Counted from the stretch's first letter, positions 20,333 to 30,107 are shown. The stretch is DNA of 64,000 nt from Candidatus Poribacteria bacterium (GCA_963665235.2 CAXXLX010000001.1:2784001-2848000), one strand, 5' to 3'. Numbers and translations: made by a program. Notes: a model not told the origin generated them from the sequence alone.

Positions 20333-20415
20333 CTAGTATTCGACCAAGCAGCCCGCTCCTGAGGAACGAGCTGTGCTAGCGATATTAAGGAGTGGGCTGC
20401 TTGCCCGAATATTGG
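20333..20415. repeat. Imperfect 28-nt inverted repeat (REP-like); a related arm occurs at 55537..55565
   Basis: TATTCGACCAAGCAGCCCGCTCCT ... AGGAGTGGGCTGCTTGCCCGAATA. Confidence 0.75.
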
Positions 20416-20434
20416 GACTAATGGGTTTACTATT

Positions 20435-21991
20435 TTACGCGTAGATATTCTGCATCTGCCACGCATCCAGCGATTTCAGTTCAGAGGGTTGCCCCTGCGA
20501 ACGTAGCGAAACCCCAACGCTGTCCTCCCTGTCAGGATAGACCCGCATTGCCACACACTGTTTTCCATTAGCGAACACCTCCACCACACTCTTATCAACG
20601 AATACCCGTAGTTTGAGCGTTTCGTCTGATGCGATGGAGACAGTGCCGGTTTCGGGAGCACGTGAACGCACATCAGGTGCAATTGATGAATACGAGGAAT
20701 CAATCGTTAGCAGACTGTTCCGGACGTTCGTGCTGGCGTTTAGGTTGCGCATACCGCGTTCTTTGAAGAAGGCAATCCGTGTGAATTCCTCTTTTTGCGG
20801 GGAACGGAGGACATTCAACTCAACCATAGGCGCACCTTTAACCTCTATTTCCAATTCCAGTTCCATAGCGTTGCCTGCGATGCCCTCTAGGACAACCTCC
20901 TCGTTTGCAGGAAGCGTCATTGCATTGACGTGCTGATGGTCATACCGCAACGATTCAATATCGCCAGCCGGTTCAACGCCTATTTCGTCTCTTGAGAGCA
21001 ACGTCAGACGGCGCGGCAACGTCATAATCTGGTTCCACCCTTTAGTGGGTTTCGCTGGATTCATGTTGTAGATAACGATGAGCCCGCCGTTGCCATCCGG
21101 TGTAGCGGAGGGTGCATGGACACCAGCGGGGGCTGCTGCGCCGAAGTTATTTTTCTCCCCTGCTGTCACGACGAACTTATCGCGTGCAGTGTCATAATCG
21201 CCGAGCAGATATTGTCCACCGCTCATGTGACTGAAAAATAGCAGGATGTGCCGGTCACCGATGGGCCAAAAATAGGGACACGCGCCATCATCACCTACCA
21301 ATGTATACTGATCATTTTCGACGAACGGGTGTAGATAAACCCAATTTGCCAAATCTGCTGAACGGAGCAGAAAGTTGGCACGCACCGGTTTACCCCCCGG
21401 ACCGTGCGGAAGTGTACCACCCGATAGCGAATAATACATATCACCCTTTTTCCAGATACACGGGTCGAAAACGCGATAGACAGGCGTTGTACCATCTGCG
21501 TGCCTTGAGGGTATTACCGCCTTGCCGGACACCTTCTCCCAGTTTAAAAGAAGCGGGTCGCTTGACACGGCCACCATGTTGCCGACAACTGTGCCGTGAT
21601 ACATGGCAATCACGCGGTCCTCTTCGACAAAGGTTGACCCGGAGAAACAGCAACGTTCCGGGTTCGGATAAATTGCATAAGGGAGGTCACGCCAGTGGAT
21701 GAGGTCGTCACTAACTGCGTGTCCCCAGTGCTGACGTGTATCTTCTGGTGGATATGCTTGATAGAAGAGATGCCACCGGCCCTGCCAGAAGCAGAGGCCA
21801 TTCGGATCATTGAGCATCGCTTCTGGGTTGATGTAGTGATAGATGGGCCGATGCGGGTCGCCTTCGTAAGTCTTCCGATAAGCGTTTAACCGTTCCATCA
21901 AAGGGTTCGTTTTTAACTGTTCTTCCTGTTCTTCCAACGTTTCCGCGAAGGTATAATGCGGAACTTTTGAGGTGAAGTCTTCGTTAGCCAT
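20435..21991 (-). CDS. GH32-like glycoside hydrolase (five-bladed propeller plus beta-sandwich), atypical catalytic motifs
   Basis: LNDPNG, WHLFYQ, WGHAVS.DL, FSGS, FDP, ACP, FVDKSVVEVF. Confidence 0.88.
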   Translation of the reverse strand: MANEDFTSKVPHYTFAETLEEQEEQLKTNPLMERLNAYRKTYEGDPHRPIYHYINPEAMLNDPNGLCFWQGRWHLFYQAYPPEDTRQHWGHAVSDDLIHWRDLPYAIYPNPERCCFSGSTFVEEDRVIAMYHGTVVGNMVAVSSDPLLLNWEKVSGKAVIPSRHADGTTPVYRVFDPCIWKKGDMYYSLSGGTLPHGPGGKPVRANFLLRSADLANWVYLHPFVENDQYTLVGDDGACPYFWPIGDRHILLFFSHMSGGQYLLGDYDTARDKFVVTAGEKNNFGAAAPAGVHAPSATPDGNGGLIVIYNMNPAKPTKGWNQIMTLPRRLTLLSRDEIGVEPAGDIESLRYDHQHVNAMTLPANEEVVLEGIAGNAMELELEIEVKGAPMVELNVLRSPQKEEFTRIAFFKERGMRNLNASTNVRNSLLTIDSSYSSIAPDVRSRAPETGTVSIASDETLKLRVFVDKSVVEVFANGKQCVAMRVYPDREDSVGVSLRSQGQPSELKSLDAWQMQNIYA

Positions 21992-22115
21992 AATTTCTCC
22001 TCTGCACAATGTTTATGAGATAATAATCTTTAGCATATCATACTATACGTTGTATGTCCAGAAAAAATTATGGTTTTTAGGAGAAATACTGATGAACAGC
22101 GGAGCTTAAAACAGC

Positions 22116-22643
22116 TCAGAATTGTGTGGGAAAATTGCCGCGTGCAGCATCCATCACTTCGCCAGTAATTTCAGTATGTCCGTTATCTTTCGCGAAACTT
22201 TCAATACCCATCTTTGCCATAGGACGGACAAAAGCGGGAATACGTTCTAAACGTTCCAGTGCCTCCGCTGTCCACGTGACTCCTTCAGGTACCGGCCCAG
22301 GTTTTTCCTCAAAAGCTTCGGAGATGACAGCAGTAAACGGACATTTGCCCCCCTCGGTGCTTTCACCTATAGCCGATTCGGCGGGCACCGTGCTAGGCAT
22401 CGGCGTAGTCTTAGCGGTCTCTAACTGTGAGCGCACCATTTGCATCGGTTGCGCCGTTTGATTGCTGCCCCCGAGTTGGAGGTCTAAGGATTTGAGCATC
22501 TGTGTTTCCCACGGATTGAGAAACATGGCAATTTCAGTGAAACAGTCGGGACATTCAAAAACAGCGGTGACGGAGCCCTGTTCAGGCCGGGTTACGTCTT
22601 TAAATTTCATCGCTGTGTCGCAATCTATGCATAAGAATTTCAT
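22116..22643 (-). CDS. Zn-ribbon (CxxC..CxxC) plus PCP_red (BchB C-terminal-like) domain protein
   Basis: CIDC...CPDC, GKCPF, WTAEALERLERIPAFVRPMAK..IE.FA. Confidence 0.75.
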   Translation of the reverse strand: MKFLCIDCDTAMKFKDVTRPEQGSVTAVFECPDCFTEIAMFLNPWETQMLKSLDLQLGGSNQTAQPMQMVRSQLETAKTTPMPSTVPAESAIGESTEGGKCPFTAVISEAFEEKPGPVPEGVTWTAEALERLERIPAFVRPMAKMGIESFAKDNGHTEITGEVMDAARGNFPTQF

Positions 22644-22704
22644 GGTTTAATCTCCATATCTTTTAGGGATGAGAAGGAATAAGGGACGTTAGTCTTTCCT
22701 CTCG

Positions 22705-23586
22705 TCATGTTTTAAAGAAGTCTTGAATCTTTTTTGCTATCTCTATGATTACGTTGCTTGCGGGTGTATCCGGATATTCATGGACATAAGGGGTGCCGCT
22801 GTCACTACACCGTGAGAGTTTCGGGTCAAAAGGAATTTTGCCGAGCGTTGTCGATTGGAACGCAACCTCAGAGGGTTCCACAGCAGCAAATAGAGATTCC
22901 TGTTCACCGCAGTGCGCGCATACATGAAATGCCATGTTTTCAACGACCCCAATAATTGGAACGTTGAGAACGTCTCTCGCCATCGTCACCGATTTTTTGA
23001 CAATCAATTGCGACACTTCGGAGGGGATTGTCACCACGATAACCCCGCCGAGGTTTGGGATGAGCTCAACTACATTCGGAAGTCTATCTGTTCCGGGCGG
23101 TAGGTCAAGCAGGAGGAAATCAAGATTTTTCCAGTGGGTGTCGGCGATGAACTCGCGCAGCGCGCCTACCTCCATTGTGCTACGCCATGTGAAAGCATCC
23201 TTTTGCGTGTGCGCGTTCCATAGCACCGGTGCATCATCTTCTGCCAGCAGGAGGTCCATTGAGATAAGCTTCGTACCGAGGGCAGTAATAGCGGGTTCGA
23301 CCCCAGTGGACGTGTATTCTAGCGTGGCATTCCGAACCCCCATCATCTTGGCGAGCGTTGGTCCATTGATATCAGCGTCAACGACACCGACGGTACACCC
23401 TGCTAGCGTGAGAGCGGTTGCGAGGTTAGCGGTTATCGCGCTTTTTCCGACCCCGCCTTTCCCGCTCATAATCGCGACCGTATGTTTTACAGCGGCGAGG
23501 CGTTTCTGGAGACGATTCGCCTGCGCGGTGACCTGCCCAATAATATTTGATCCGGCATCATCCGGAAGCTCCTGATAACTTTTCAC
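22705..23586 (-). CDS. apbC: Mrp/ApbC/NBP35 Fe-S cluster carrier ATPase
   Basis: SGKGGVGKS, DADINGP, DLPPGT, GVVENM..CAHC. Confidence 0.9.
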   Translation of the reverse strand: MKSYQELPDDAGSNIIGQVTAQANRLQKRLAAVKHTVAIMSGKGGVGKSAITANLATALTLAGCTVGVVDADINGPTLAKMMGVRNATLEYTSTGVEPAITALGTKLISMDLLLAEDDAPVLWNAHTQKDAFTWRSTMEVGALREFIADTHWKNLDFLLLDLPPGTDRLPNVVELIPNLGGVIVVTIPSEVSQLIVKKSVTMARDVLNVPIIGVVENMAFHVCAHCGEQESLFAAVEPSEVAFQSTTLGKIPFDPKLSRCSDSGTPYVHEYPDTPASNVIIEIAKKIQDFFKT

Positions 23587-24908
23587 TCTTTCTGACCGAT
23601 GGCGTATAAGGCATCGTAGCTACGCAGGTAAAGCGTGCCATTTGCAATAACAGGCGATGCAGCAACGGTTTCGTCAATTGAATTGGTTGCCACGATTCCA
23701 AATTCTCGGCCTGCTTTAACAACACTAACAACGCCGTTGCGCGCAGTTAAATAGATATAACCGTTGGCATAGATAGGTGAAGAGCGGTGCCGTTGTCGAT
23801 GTGTCCGCTTCCGATAGAGTTGTTCTCCTGTTTTAGCATCAAGGCAGATTAGGTCACCGTTTTCTCTGCACAGATAGACCAGTCCTTCGTGAATAAGTGG
23901 GGATGGAACATCAGGTGTACCTTGTGGAAGTTTCCAGATTTGCCATGGGGTGTTTGTAATATCACCTGTTCCGGAGGGGTCTAACCCCACAACGGGTCCA
24001 TTTTTTGCCGTAGGAACGACAATGAGCCCTTCTGTCGCTACCGGAGAAGCAACGAGTCGGAATGAGGGGTTATATCTATTCGGGGGATTCAAACCGCCAC
24101 ATCGCCAGATTTCGCTGCCATCTTCAAGGCTATGTGCCGTGACATAGTCCGCGCCATGCACGACAAGGAATTCACGTTCCGCATCCCGGTAAAGGATTGG
24201 GGAGGTATAGGCGTGTTCACATTCTCTCGTTGCATCGCTTTTACGGTCGTGTTTCCAAATTTCTTCACCTGTCATCTTGTCAAGTGCAAGGACTAACCAG
24301 GCGTTGCTATGGATAAGTTGAAGGTATAGTTTATCCTTGTAGAGCAGCGGTGTCATGGACATAATAAAGCCGAGTCTAAATTTACCGTAGCGTTCCTCCA
24401 GATTTGTGTGCCAGACCGGATTCCCTTCAAAATCGTAACAAGCGAGGTCACCGGTGCCTAAAAACGCCCAAACGTGCTTACCATCAGTTGTTGGAGAGGG
24501 TGCTGCAGAATTGACCTCATCGCCACGTGCGGAACGGTTGCCGCTTGCCACTGTGCGTTTCCATAGTTCCTCGCCTTCCGTGCTAATGCACATCAGAACA
24601 AGCGCCCTTTCTTCCGCGGATGTCAGAAAAATTCTATCATCCCACACAACCGGTGTAGATGCGCCTTCTCCCGGAAGTGGTAACCGCCATCGGACATTCT
24701 CGGTTTGGCTCCACTGGATTGGTACATCGGTTTCGGAACTGATACCGTCGTTGTTTGGGCCTCGCCACTGGTGCCAGTTTTTAGAGGCTTTGGTCATCGG
24801 AGCTGTATTTGTATCGGATAGATTTTGGGCACAGCTGCTTATAGAAAAAATAAGTGCTGCTATGCCCAGAATCATAGTTATCCCATTTTTAAAAACCCTG
24901 TTTTTCAT
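23583..24908 (-). CDS. PQQ-like beta-propeller protein, possibly a lipoprotein
   Basis: Signal with ISSC, WHQWRGP, STPVV, SPxxxG..Y repeats. Confidence 0.85.
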   Translation of the reverse strand: MKNRVFKNGITMILGIAALIFSISSCAQNLSDTNTAPMTKASKNWHQWRGPNNDGISSETDVPIQWSQTENVRWRLPLPGEGASTPVVWDDRIFLTSAEERALVLMCISTEGEELWKRTVASGNRSARGDEVNSAAPSPTTDGKHVWAFLGTGDLACYDFEGNPVWHTNLEERYGKFRLGFIMSMTPLLYKDKLYLQLIHSNAWLVLALDKMTGEEIWKHDRKSDATRECEHAYTSPILYRDAEREFLVVHGADYVTAHSLEDGSEIWRCGGLNPPNRYNPSFRLVASPVATEGLIVVPTAKNGPVVGLDPSGTGDITNTPWQIWKLPQGTPDVPSPLIHEGLVYLCRENGDLICLDAKTGEQLYRKRTHRQRHRSSPIYANGYIYLTARNGVVSVVKAGREFGIVATNSIDETVAASPVIANGTLYLRSYDALYAIGQKE

Positions 24909-25011
24909 GCTGTCCCTCCGTTTCGGTTAACCGTGTTGAGATTTCGCTGTTGTGTCATGTAAATTTCGTGCTTTTGTATGAAGTATGAGACAAGTTTCCG
25001 TATTGTCAAAT

Positions 25012-25440
25012 TCAACGCTTTTCGTCTGTCCATAAACCTCGAGCTGGACCGTTCAACTGGTAGGGGGTTATTTTTGATAAAGTGCCTACCCTATATTCAG
25101 GGAACTTATATCCTATCTCTATAACGTAGCCTTCGTTTGTAAAAATCGGCAATGCAAGTTTAGCAAGAGAAGCGACGGGTTCGATTTCCAGCTGTACGTC
25201 ATCTGCTCCGACCACTGTTTTGTAAAAAAAGTCCGCGGAGTGGCTTTCATGTTTTAGAATCATGATTGCGCCGGCGTGTTTAACCTCTCCGTTAGCCGTG
25301 CATACTTTCAAAGCTACTACTAAATCGTCCGTTGGCGTTGGCTCTGATTTTAATTTAAACCATAAACCGTGATGTGAACCCTCCGCAACACCCTCATTTG
25401 GACCGAGAATCTGGAAAGTAATTGTCGGGATTTCTGCCAT
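25012..25440 (-). CDS. Hypothetical protein
   Basis: AAGGAG RBS, 142 aa. A fragment of it recurs at ~26188..26246. Confidence 0.55.
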   Translation of the reverse strand: MAEIPTITFQILGPNEGVAEGSHHGLWFKLKSEPTPTDDLVVALKVCTANGEVKHAGAIMILKHESHSADFFYKTVVGADDVQLEIEPVASLAKLALPIFTNEGYVIEIGYKFPEYRVGTLSKITPYQLNGPARGLWTDEKR

Positions 25441-25473
25441 AATCTCTCCTTCAAAAGTGAAATGCCGTTGGCC

Positions 25474-25947
25474 TCAATTTTGCATATCGTTCAGGTTTTG
25501 AGGGGGTTCAGGTGGGGGTTCATTGAACGGTATACCTTTAATTTCAGCGCCCATTCTGCGTTCGTTCCATGCTGCCCACAGTTGATAGTTTTCGGCTCTA
25601 CCTTTTGCTTCACCTTCGGCTCTGCCTTTTGCTTCTGCTGCTTCGACCTGTTTTTTTACTTTCATTTTAAACTTACTTGTCAAATACATAGCAATATCTC
25701 CGATTTGAATAATGGCAATCATAACGACACCCTCTACGATACTGAACCCAGCGAGGTGTGCCCAAATTCCCTCTAATCTATCCTCCAATATCTTGCTGCT
25801 GTTGAGAAACTTTCGTATGAAAATCCAGGCTGCATACCCCAAAAAGAGGATTGAGTAGACTTTTGACGCTATATTTACGTATTTTCGCTGGATGCCGATA
25901 AAAGGAACAATTTCGTTATCCCTATCGTAGTCTTTTTGATTGTCCAT
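25474..25947 (-). CDS. Two-TM hypothetical protein with an AEGEAKGR repeat tail (copy 1)
   Basis: Near-identical to 26265..26762. Confidence 0.7.
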   Translation of the reverse strand: MDNQKDYDRDNEIVPFIGIQRKYVNIASKVYSILFLGYAAWIFIRKFLNSSKILEDRLEGIWAHLAGFSIVEGVVMIAIIQIGDIAMYLTSKFKMKVKKQVEAAEAKGRAEGEAKGRAENYQLWAAWNERRMGAEIKGIPFNEPPPEPPQNLNDMQN

Positions 25948-25974
25948 CTATGATGCTCTTTTGTTATATATTAT

Positions 25975-26003
25975 GATAGCATATTCTACGCGAATATGCT
26001 ATC
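25975..26003. promoter_or_regulatory. 12-bp palindrome upstream of the duplicated gene (operator-like); imperfect copy at 26790..26818
   Basis: GATAGCATATTC-TACGC-GAATATGCTATC, ~28 nt upstream of the ATG. Confidence 0.5.
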
Positions 26004-26264
26004 TTTTTTAATTTAAACTATATTGATAGGGATTGCCTCGACTCGCGTTTGCAGGTGTCTGCCCACGTATAAAAAAATAGTCGCGTCTACACATCAATAC
26101 CAAAAATAAGGACAGGAATATCAATGTGAGCAACGTCCCGCTGCTCTAAATTCCACACAAAAGGTAACGTTTAATACTTTCCGACTGCTGGTTCGATTTC
26201 CAGCTGTACGTCATGCACTCCGACCACTGTTTTGTAAAAAAGTCCACAGAAGCGAACGTTGGCA

Positions 26265-26762
26265 TTAATCTTGTATATCGTTCGAGTTTTGAGGGGGTTC
26301 GGGTGGTGGTTCATTGAACGGTATGCCTTTGATTTCAGCTTCCATTCTGCGTTCGTTCCATGCTGCCCACAGTCTATAGCTTTCGGCTCTGCCTTTTGCT
26401 TCACCTTCGGCTCTACCTTTTGCTTCACCTTCGGCTCTGCCTTTTGCTTCTGCTGCTTCGACCTGTTTTTTTACTTTCATTTTGAACTTACTTGTCAAAT
26501 ACATAGCAATATCTCCGATTTGAATAATGGCAATCATAACGACACCCTCTACGATACTGAACCCAGCGAGGTGTGCCCAAATTCCCTCTAATCTATCCTC
26601 CAATATTTTGCTGCTGTTGAGGAACTTGCGTGTGAAAATCCAGGCTGCATACCCCAAAAAGAGGATTGAGTAGACTTTTGACGCTATATTTACATATTTT
26701 CGCTGGATGCCGATAAAAGGAACAATTTCGTTATCCCTATCGTAGTCTTTTTGATTATCCAT
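26265..26762 (-). CDS. Two-TM hypothetical protein with an AEGEAKGR repeat tail (copy 2, one extra 24-nt repeat)
   Basis: Tandem paralog with mostly synonymous differences in the 5' part. Confidence 0.7.
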   Translation of the reverse strand: MDNQKDYDRDNEIVPFIGIQRKYVNIASKVYSILFLGYAAWIFTRKFLNSSKILEDRLEGIWAHLAGFSIVEGVVMIAIIQIGDIAMYLTSKFKMKVKKQVEAAEAKGRAEGEAKGRAEGEAKGRAESYRLWAAWNERRMEAEIKGIPFNEPPPEPPQNSNDIQD

Positions 26763-26862
26763 CTATGATGCTCTTCTGTTATATATCATGATAGCATATT
26801 CTACGCGAATATGTCATCTTTTTTTTTATGGAGGGAGCACTAGAGACCTTCTTGAAGGGTTT

Positions 26863-28773
26863 CTATTTCGGCACCGTTGGTTGTGTCCCTTGATAATATT
26901 CCCCTAGCACTTCATTGGCAAGACTTCTACCGTCCTCTATGACCTGTGCGGCGAAATCAAGCGTAACCTGTGCAATACCCGCCTCTTGTGCACGTTGTTC
27001 GATGCGCGTTTGGGTAATATTTCGCATAAACCCGGCAGGCACTAACGCCAAACGTTCCATCGCTTCATCTGTCCATTGCAGGGAACTGTTAAAGGCCTCG
27101 CCTGTTTCAGCGTTTTGGGATTTAGTTTGTGCTTGCATGGCTCTGAGTTCAGGGGCATCTTCTCGGACAGCTGCAGCTTCCCCCATGCTATCATTGATAA
27201 TCTGCGTTGCGAACGCGTTTGTAATAGTTGCAATTTTCTGGGCACGTGCGGATTTTTCAATTCGGGCTTTCACGTTACGCCGCATATAGCCCCGGGGCAC
27301 CGTCCGCAGTGCTTTTTTCGACTGCTCCGACCATTGCAAGCGGACACCGTCAAACGTTTCCTCTTCTGCTGTACCGCCTTCATTAATAGCGATGTGTTCA
27401 AGTGAATTTTTGTCAACCATCTGAAAACGTTCAGGGGGTGAACTACAGACAGGACATTTTATGGGTTGTTGATTATGCGCAGCGTAACCACATTCACCAC
27501 AGATATAGGTCTGCACTGCCCCCGCCTCTAAGACCTTCTGCTCCGCAATTTCTTTAGCAACGCGAGTCAATTTTTCGGAGGCGCGTTGCGGCATAATTGC
27601 CTCCATCGCTTTGTCGATGACGCTCTCGGTAATTACCGAATGGCCACGCTCAATGGCAAAACGGTGAACTGCTGTCTTCGCTATACCGCGGACGAGTGGG
27701 GGGGCTTTCTCCATCCGGTCCAACGCCTCTTGTGTCCACACAAGCGTCTCCTCCGCTTTTACATCAATCTGCGGAAAATAACGTTGACTTGACAGCAAGA
27801 CATTGCAAGGTGCAAGCCGTAAAAGGTTTTCAGCATTGCTACCGATGTCCATATCCTGCTCACTGTGGACACCGATTCTGCCTAAGACGAGTAGCCACGG
27901 TTCTGTTTTTCGTGTATATTGTAGAATCTTTTCGTAAGCTTTTCCATCAAGTAGGGTAATTTTTAGGGTGTAGTCGTGCTCCTCTTTCGCAATAGAACGG
28001 GCAACCTCTAGATGCGACTGATAGATTTTCGCTAACCCCGTATCAATCACCTCTTCGTGTAGCTGTTCCTGCTCTTTAAATCTGAAAGTTCTCGCAGCAC
28101 GTTCCGTTAGCACGTTGACGACAGAATTAAAGACGATATAATGCAGATACGGGTCATAGACACCAACCGCTTCGACCTGTTTGTTGAACGCTTGCCCGAG
28201 GCGGATAGCGGTTTTCAATCCTGAGAAGGATTCGGGGCTACCATCAATTCCGACCAGAATATTGCCGGGCTGTTCTGCTACAGGTTCCAGGTTTCGAACA
28301 ACGAGCGTATCGGTGTTGATACGGCGTACCACGCGTTCACAGACACCGCCGATTAGACTATCCTTAACTGCCCCCATGCCAAGCGCACCCATAATCACAA
28401 GGTCATAGTCGCTCGCCTGAATGTCCTCCACGAGTTTGATAAAGTGTTTGCCTTCAGGCATTTTCGCTTCGAACGGAATATTAAATTCAGTGCACTTCTG
28501 TTTCATCACCTCAAGGTAGGAATCCGAAATCAGTTGCAAACCCATCGTAATGAGCGTATCGTGGATGCGGCGTTGTTTTTCAAGTTCAACTTCGTCCTGA
28601 TATTCCTCTGGTAAGGTGTACTCCATCTGTTTGAACCGCACATCGTGCATTTTCGCCGCGTAGACATGAGACCCTACCAGCTGCGAACCAAATTTCTTAG
28701 CGAATTCCACAGCTAAGGCGATACTTGCATCTGAATAGTCCGAATTATCAACGGGCACGTAAATGTTTTTCAT
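26863..28773 (-). CDS. Multidomain protein: 2x universal stress domain, 3x PCP_red, rubredoxin-like Zn/Fe ribbon
   Basis: IYVPVDNS, DLVIMGALG..GGVCERVV, ILVGIDGS; three W(T/S)xE/Q...P..(V/M)R repeats; CGEC...CPVC. Confidence 0.85.
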   Translation of the reverse strand: MKNIYVPVDNSDYSDASIALAVEFAKKFGSQLVGSHVYAAKMHDVRFKQMEYTLPEEYQDEVELEKQRRIHDTLITMGLQLISDSYLEVMKQKCTEFNIPFEAKMPEGKHFIKLVEDIQASDYDLVIMGALGMGAVKDSLIGGVCERVVRRINTDTLVVRNLEPVAEQPGNILVGIDGSPESFSGLKTAIRLGQAFNKQVEAVGVYDPYLHYIVFNSVVNVLTERAARTFRFKEQEQLHEEVIDTGLAKIYQSHLEVARSIAKEEHDYTLKITLLDGKAYEKILQYTRKTEPWLLVLGRIGVHSEQDMDIGSNAENLLRLAPCNVLLSSQRYFPQIDVKAEETLVWTQEALDRMEKAPPLVRGIAKTAVHRFAIERGHSVITESVIDKAMEAIMPQRASEKLTRVAKEIAEQKVLEAGAVQTYICGECGYAAHNQQPIKCPVCSSPPERFQMVDKNSLEHIAINEGGTAEEETFDGVRLQWSEQSKKALRTVPRGYMRRNVKARIEKSARAQKIATITNAFATQIINDSMGEAAAVREDAPELRAMQAQTKSQNAETGEAFNSSLQWTDEAMERLALVPAGFMRNITQTRIEQRAQEAGIAQVTLDFAAQVIEDGRSLANEVLGEYYQGTQPTVPK

Positions 28774-28807
28774 GAAATTTTCCTCACTTGTCGTTAAAAG
28801 AGAGAGC

Positions 28808-29074
28808 TCACTCTGTCTCCATATTATTATCAGCAGGTTTGTGACGAGCCCCTAGCAAACCTCCGAGGACATGGGCAAGCAGGGTTGCCGGCCATAAGTA
28901 CACCATCGCGGTTTGCCATTCCCAGTGGAGGATGAAACGGCGCACGACGATGTTGAGCACAATCGGGATATAGAGGCATCTGCCCCAGGGGCGGCTGAAT
29001 CTTTTAAACCGTACGCGAAAAAATCCGAACGGAAAATGAATCAGAAATGCCGCAATCGAAATTAAAAAATTCAA
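28808..29074 (-). CDS. Small membrane protein
   Basis: Hydrophobic, 88 aa, 4-nt overlap with the SCO gene. Confidence 0.6.
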   Translation of the reverse strand: MNFLISIAAFLIHFPFGFFRVRFKRFSRPWGRCLYIPIVLNIVVRRFILHWEWQTAMVYLWPATLLAHVLGGLLGARHKPADNNMETE

Positions 29075-29709
29075 ATCCGCTGTTTTCCAAGGAGTAGTTT
29101 GATATCTTTACGTAAACGTTTCAGCGCGGCTTTACTACGGCTGTCGTAGTAGTTGTAAATGTTTCCATCTGATGAGACGAGAGCAAACCTTGTGCTATGC
29201 GGAAATGCTCCGCTGTGATGGGCAGCCGATAATTTAAAACCTGCGTTAGCCAGTTGATAAATCTGTTCCTTTTCCCCTGTCAAGAAATGCCATCGCTGCG
29301 CGTCTGCCCCATATTGCAACGCATAACGCGAGAGAACAGCTGACGTATCTCGCTCCGGGTCAACTGTGAAAGAGACGAAATTCACCTGTTCTGAGTCAAA
29401 TTCCGATTGGAGACGTGCCATCTCCTGCGTCATTATAGGACATATCGTTGGACAGTGGGTGAAGATAAAATCCGCAACCCAGATTTTTCCCGCCAAATCG
29501 GATAAATCTAACGAATGCCCATCCTGATTAGTTAAACTGAAATCTGGAACAGAAGCAACCTCTGACGCAGGCTCCGGTTTTTTATCGAAAACTAACCACA
29601 AATTGAGCACCGCAATACCGATTACGATAATACCCAACACAATCCAAGGGAGGGTGCTCTTTTGAAGCTTCTGCTCATCAGGCTTGAGGTTGTTAGACCG
29701 ATTCTCCAT
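29071..29709 (-). CDS. SCO1/SenC copper chaperone
   Basis: N-terminal TM, FIFTHCPTICP (CxxxC), VDPERD, HS. Confidence 0.93.
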   Translation of the reverse strand: MENRSNNLKPDEQKLQKSTLPWIVLGIIVIGIAVLNLWLVFDKKPEPASEVASVPDFSLTNQDGHSLDLSDLAGKIWVADFIFTHCPTICPIMTQEMARLQSEFDSEQVNFVSFTVDPERDTSAVLSRYALQYGADAQRWHFLTGEKEQIYQLANAGFKLSAAHHSGAFPHSTRFALVSSDGNIYNYYDSRSKAALKRLRKDIKLLLGKQRI

Positions 29710-29756
29710 ATTTGTCCACGCATATAATTGGAACAGATGTTACACCCGCCCAGGTC

Positions 29757-30095
29757 CTAGTCCGCCGTGGTATTAACAACCTCTACTGCCGATTTCTCTA
29801 TGCCTTTGTGCCGCGCATCTGATGTCAAATCGGGCATTAACATAATGACAAGGAAAACACAGATAAGAAAAGGCGTAATGACGATAGTTGCCAACGTACG
29901 CTTTTCAAATTTTAAATGCATGAAATAGATAGCAACCAAGGCCGCCTTAGAGCAGGCCAATCCGACAAGCAATATCCCTTTGAGCAAAAGGGAATATTCA
30001 GGGATTGCTACGCCAATTTCAACAGCGGTCAGCACAGCAAGCCACACGAAAATAATCATGTACTTTGGATGTTCTTTGTGTCCATCTTGAGCCAT
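29757..30095 (-). CDS. Cytochrome c oxidase subunit IV family
   Basis: LAVLTAVEI, KAALVAIYFMHLKFE. Confidence 0.9.
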   Translation of the reverse strand: MAQDGHKEHPKYMIIFVWLAVLTAVEIGVAIPEYSLLLKGILLVGLACSKAALVAIYFMHLKFEKRTLATIVITPFLICVFLVIMLMPDLTSDARHKGIEKSAVEVVNTTAD

Positions 30096-30107
30096 ATTTA
30101 TGTCCTC

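Noticed and set aside
23583-24908. PQQ-dependent dehydrogenase (also 1..1517)
   Set aside because: Only generic propeller repeats; no recognisable quinoprotein catalytic motifs.
26171-26428. 85-aa ORF MKQKVEPKVKQK...
   Set aside because: Alternate-frame read of the 24-nt repeat fused to a remnant of the 25012..25440 gene; treated as a duplication scar.
22116-28773. Chlorophyll biosynthesis (protochlorophyllide reductase)
   Set aside because: Only the small C-terminal PCP_red domain is present; no nitrogenase-like BchN/B/L core.
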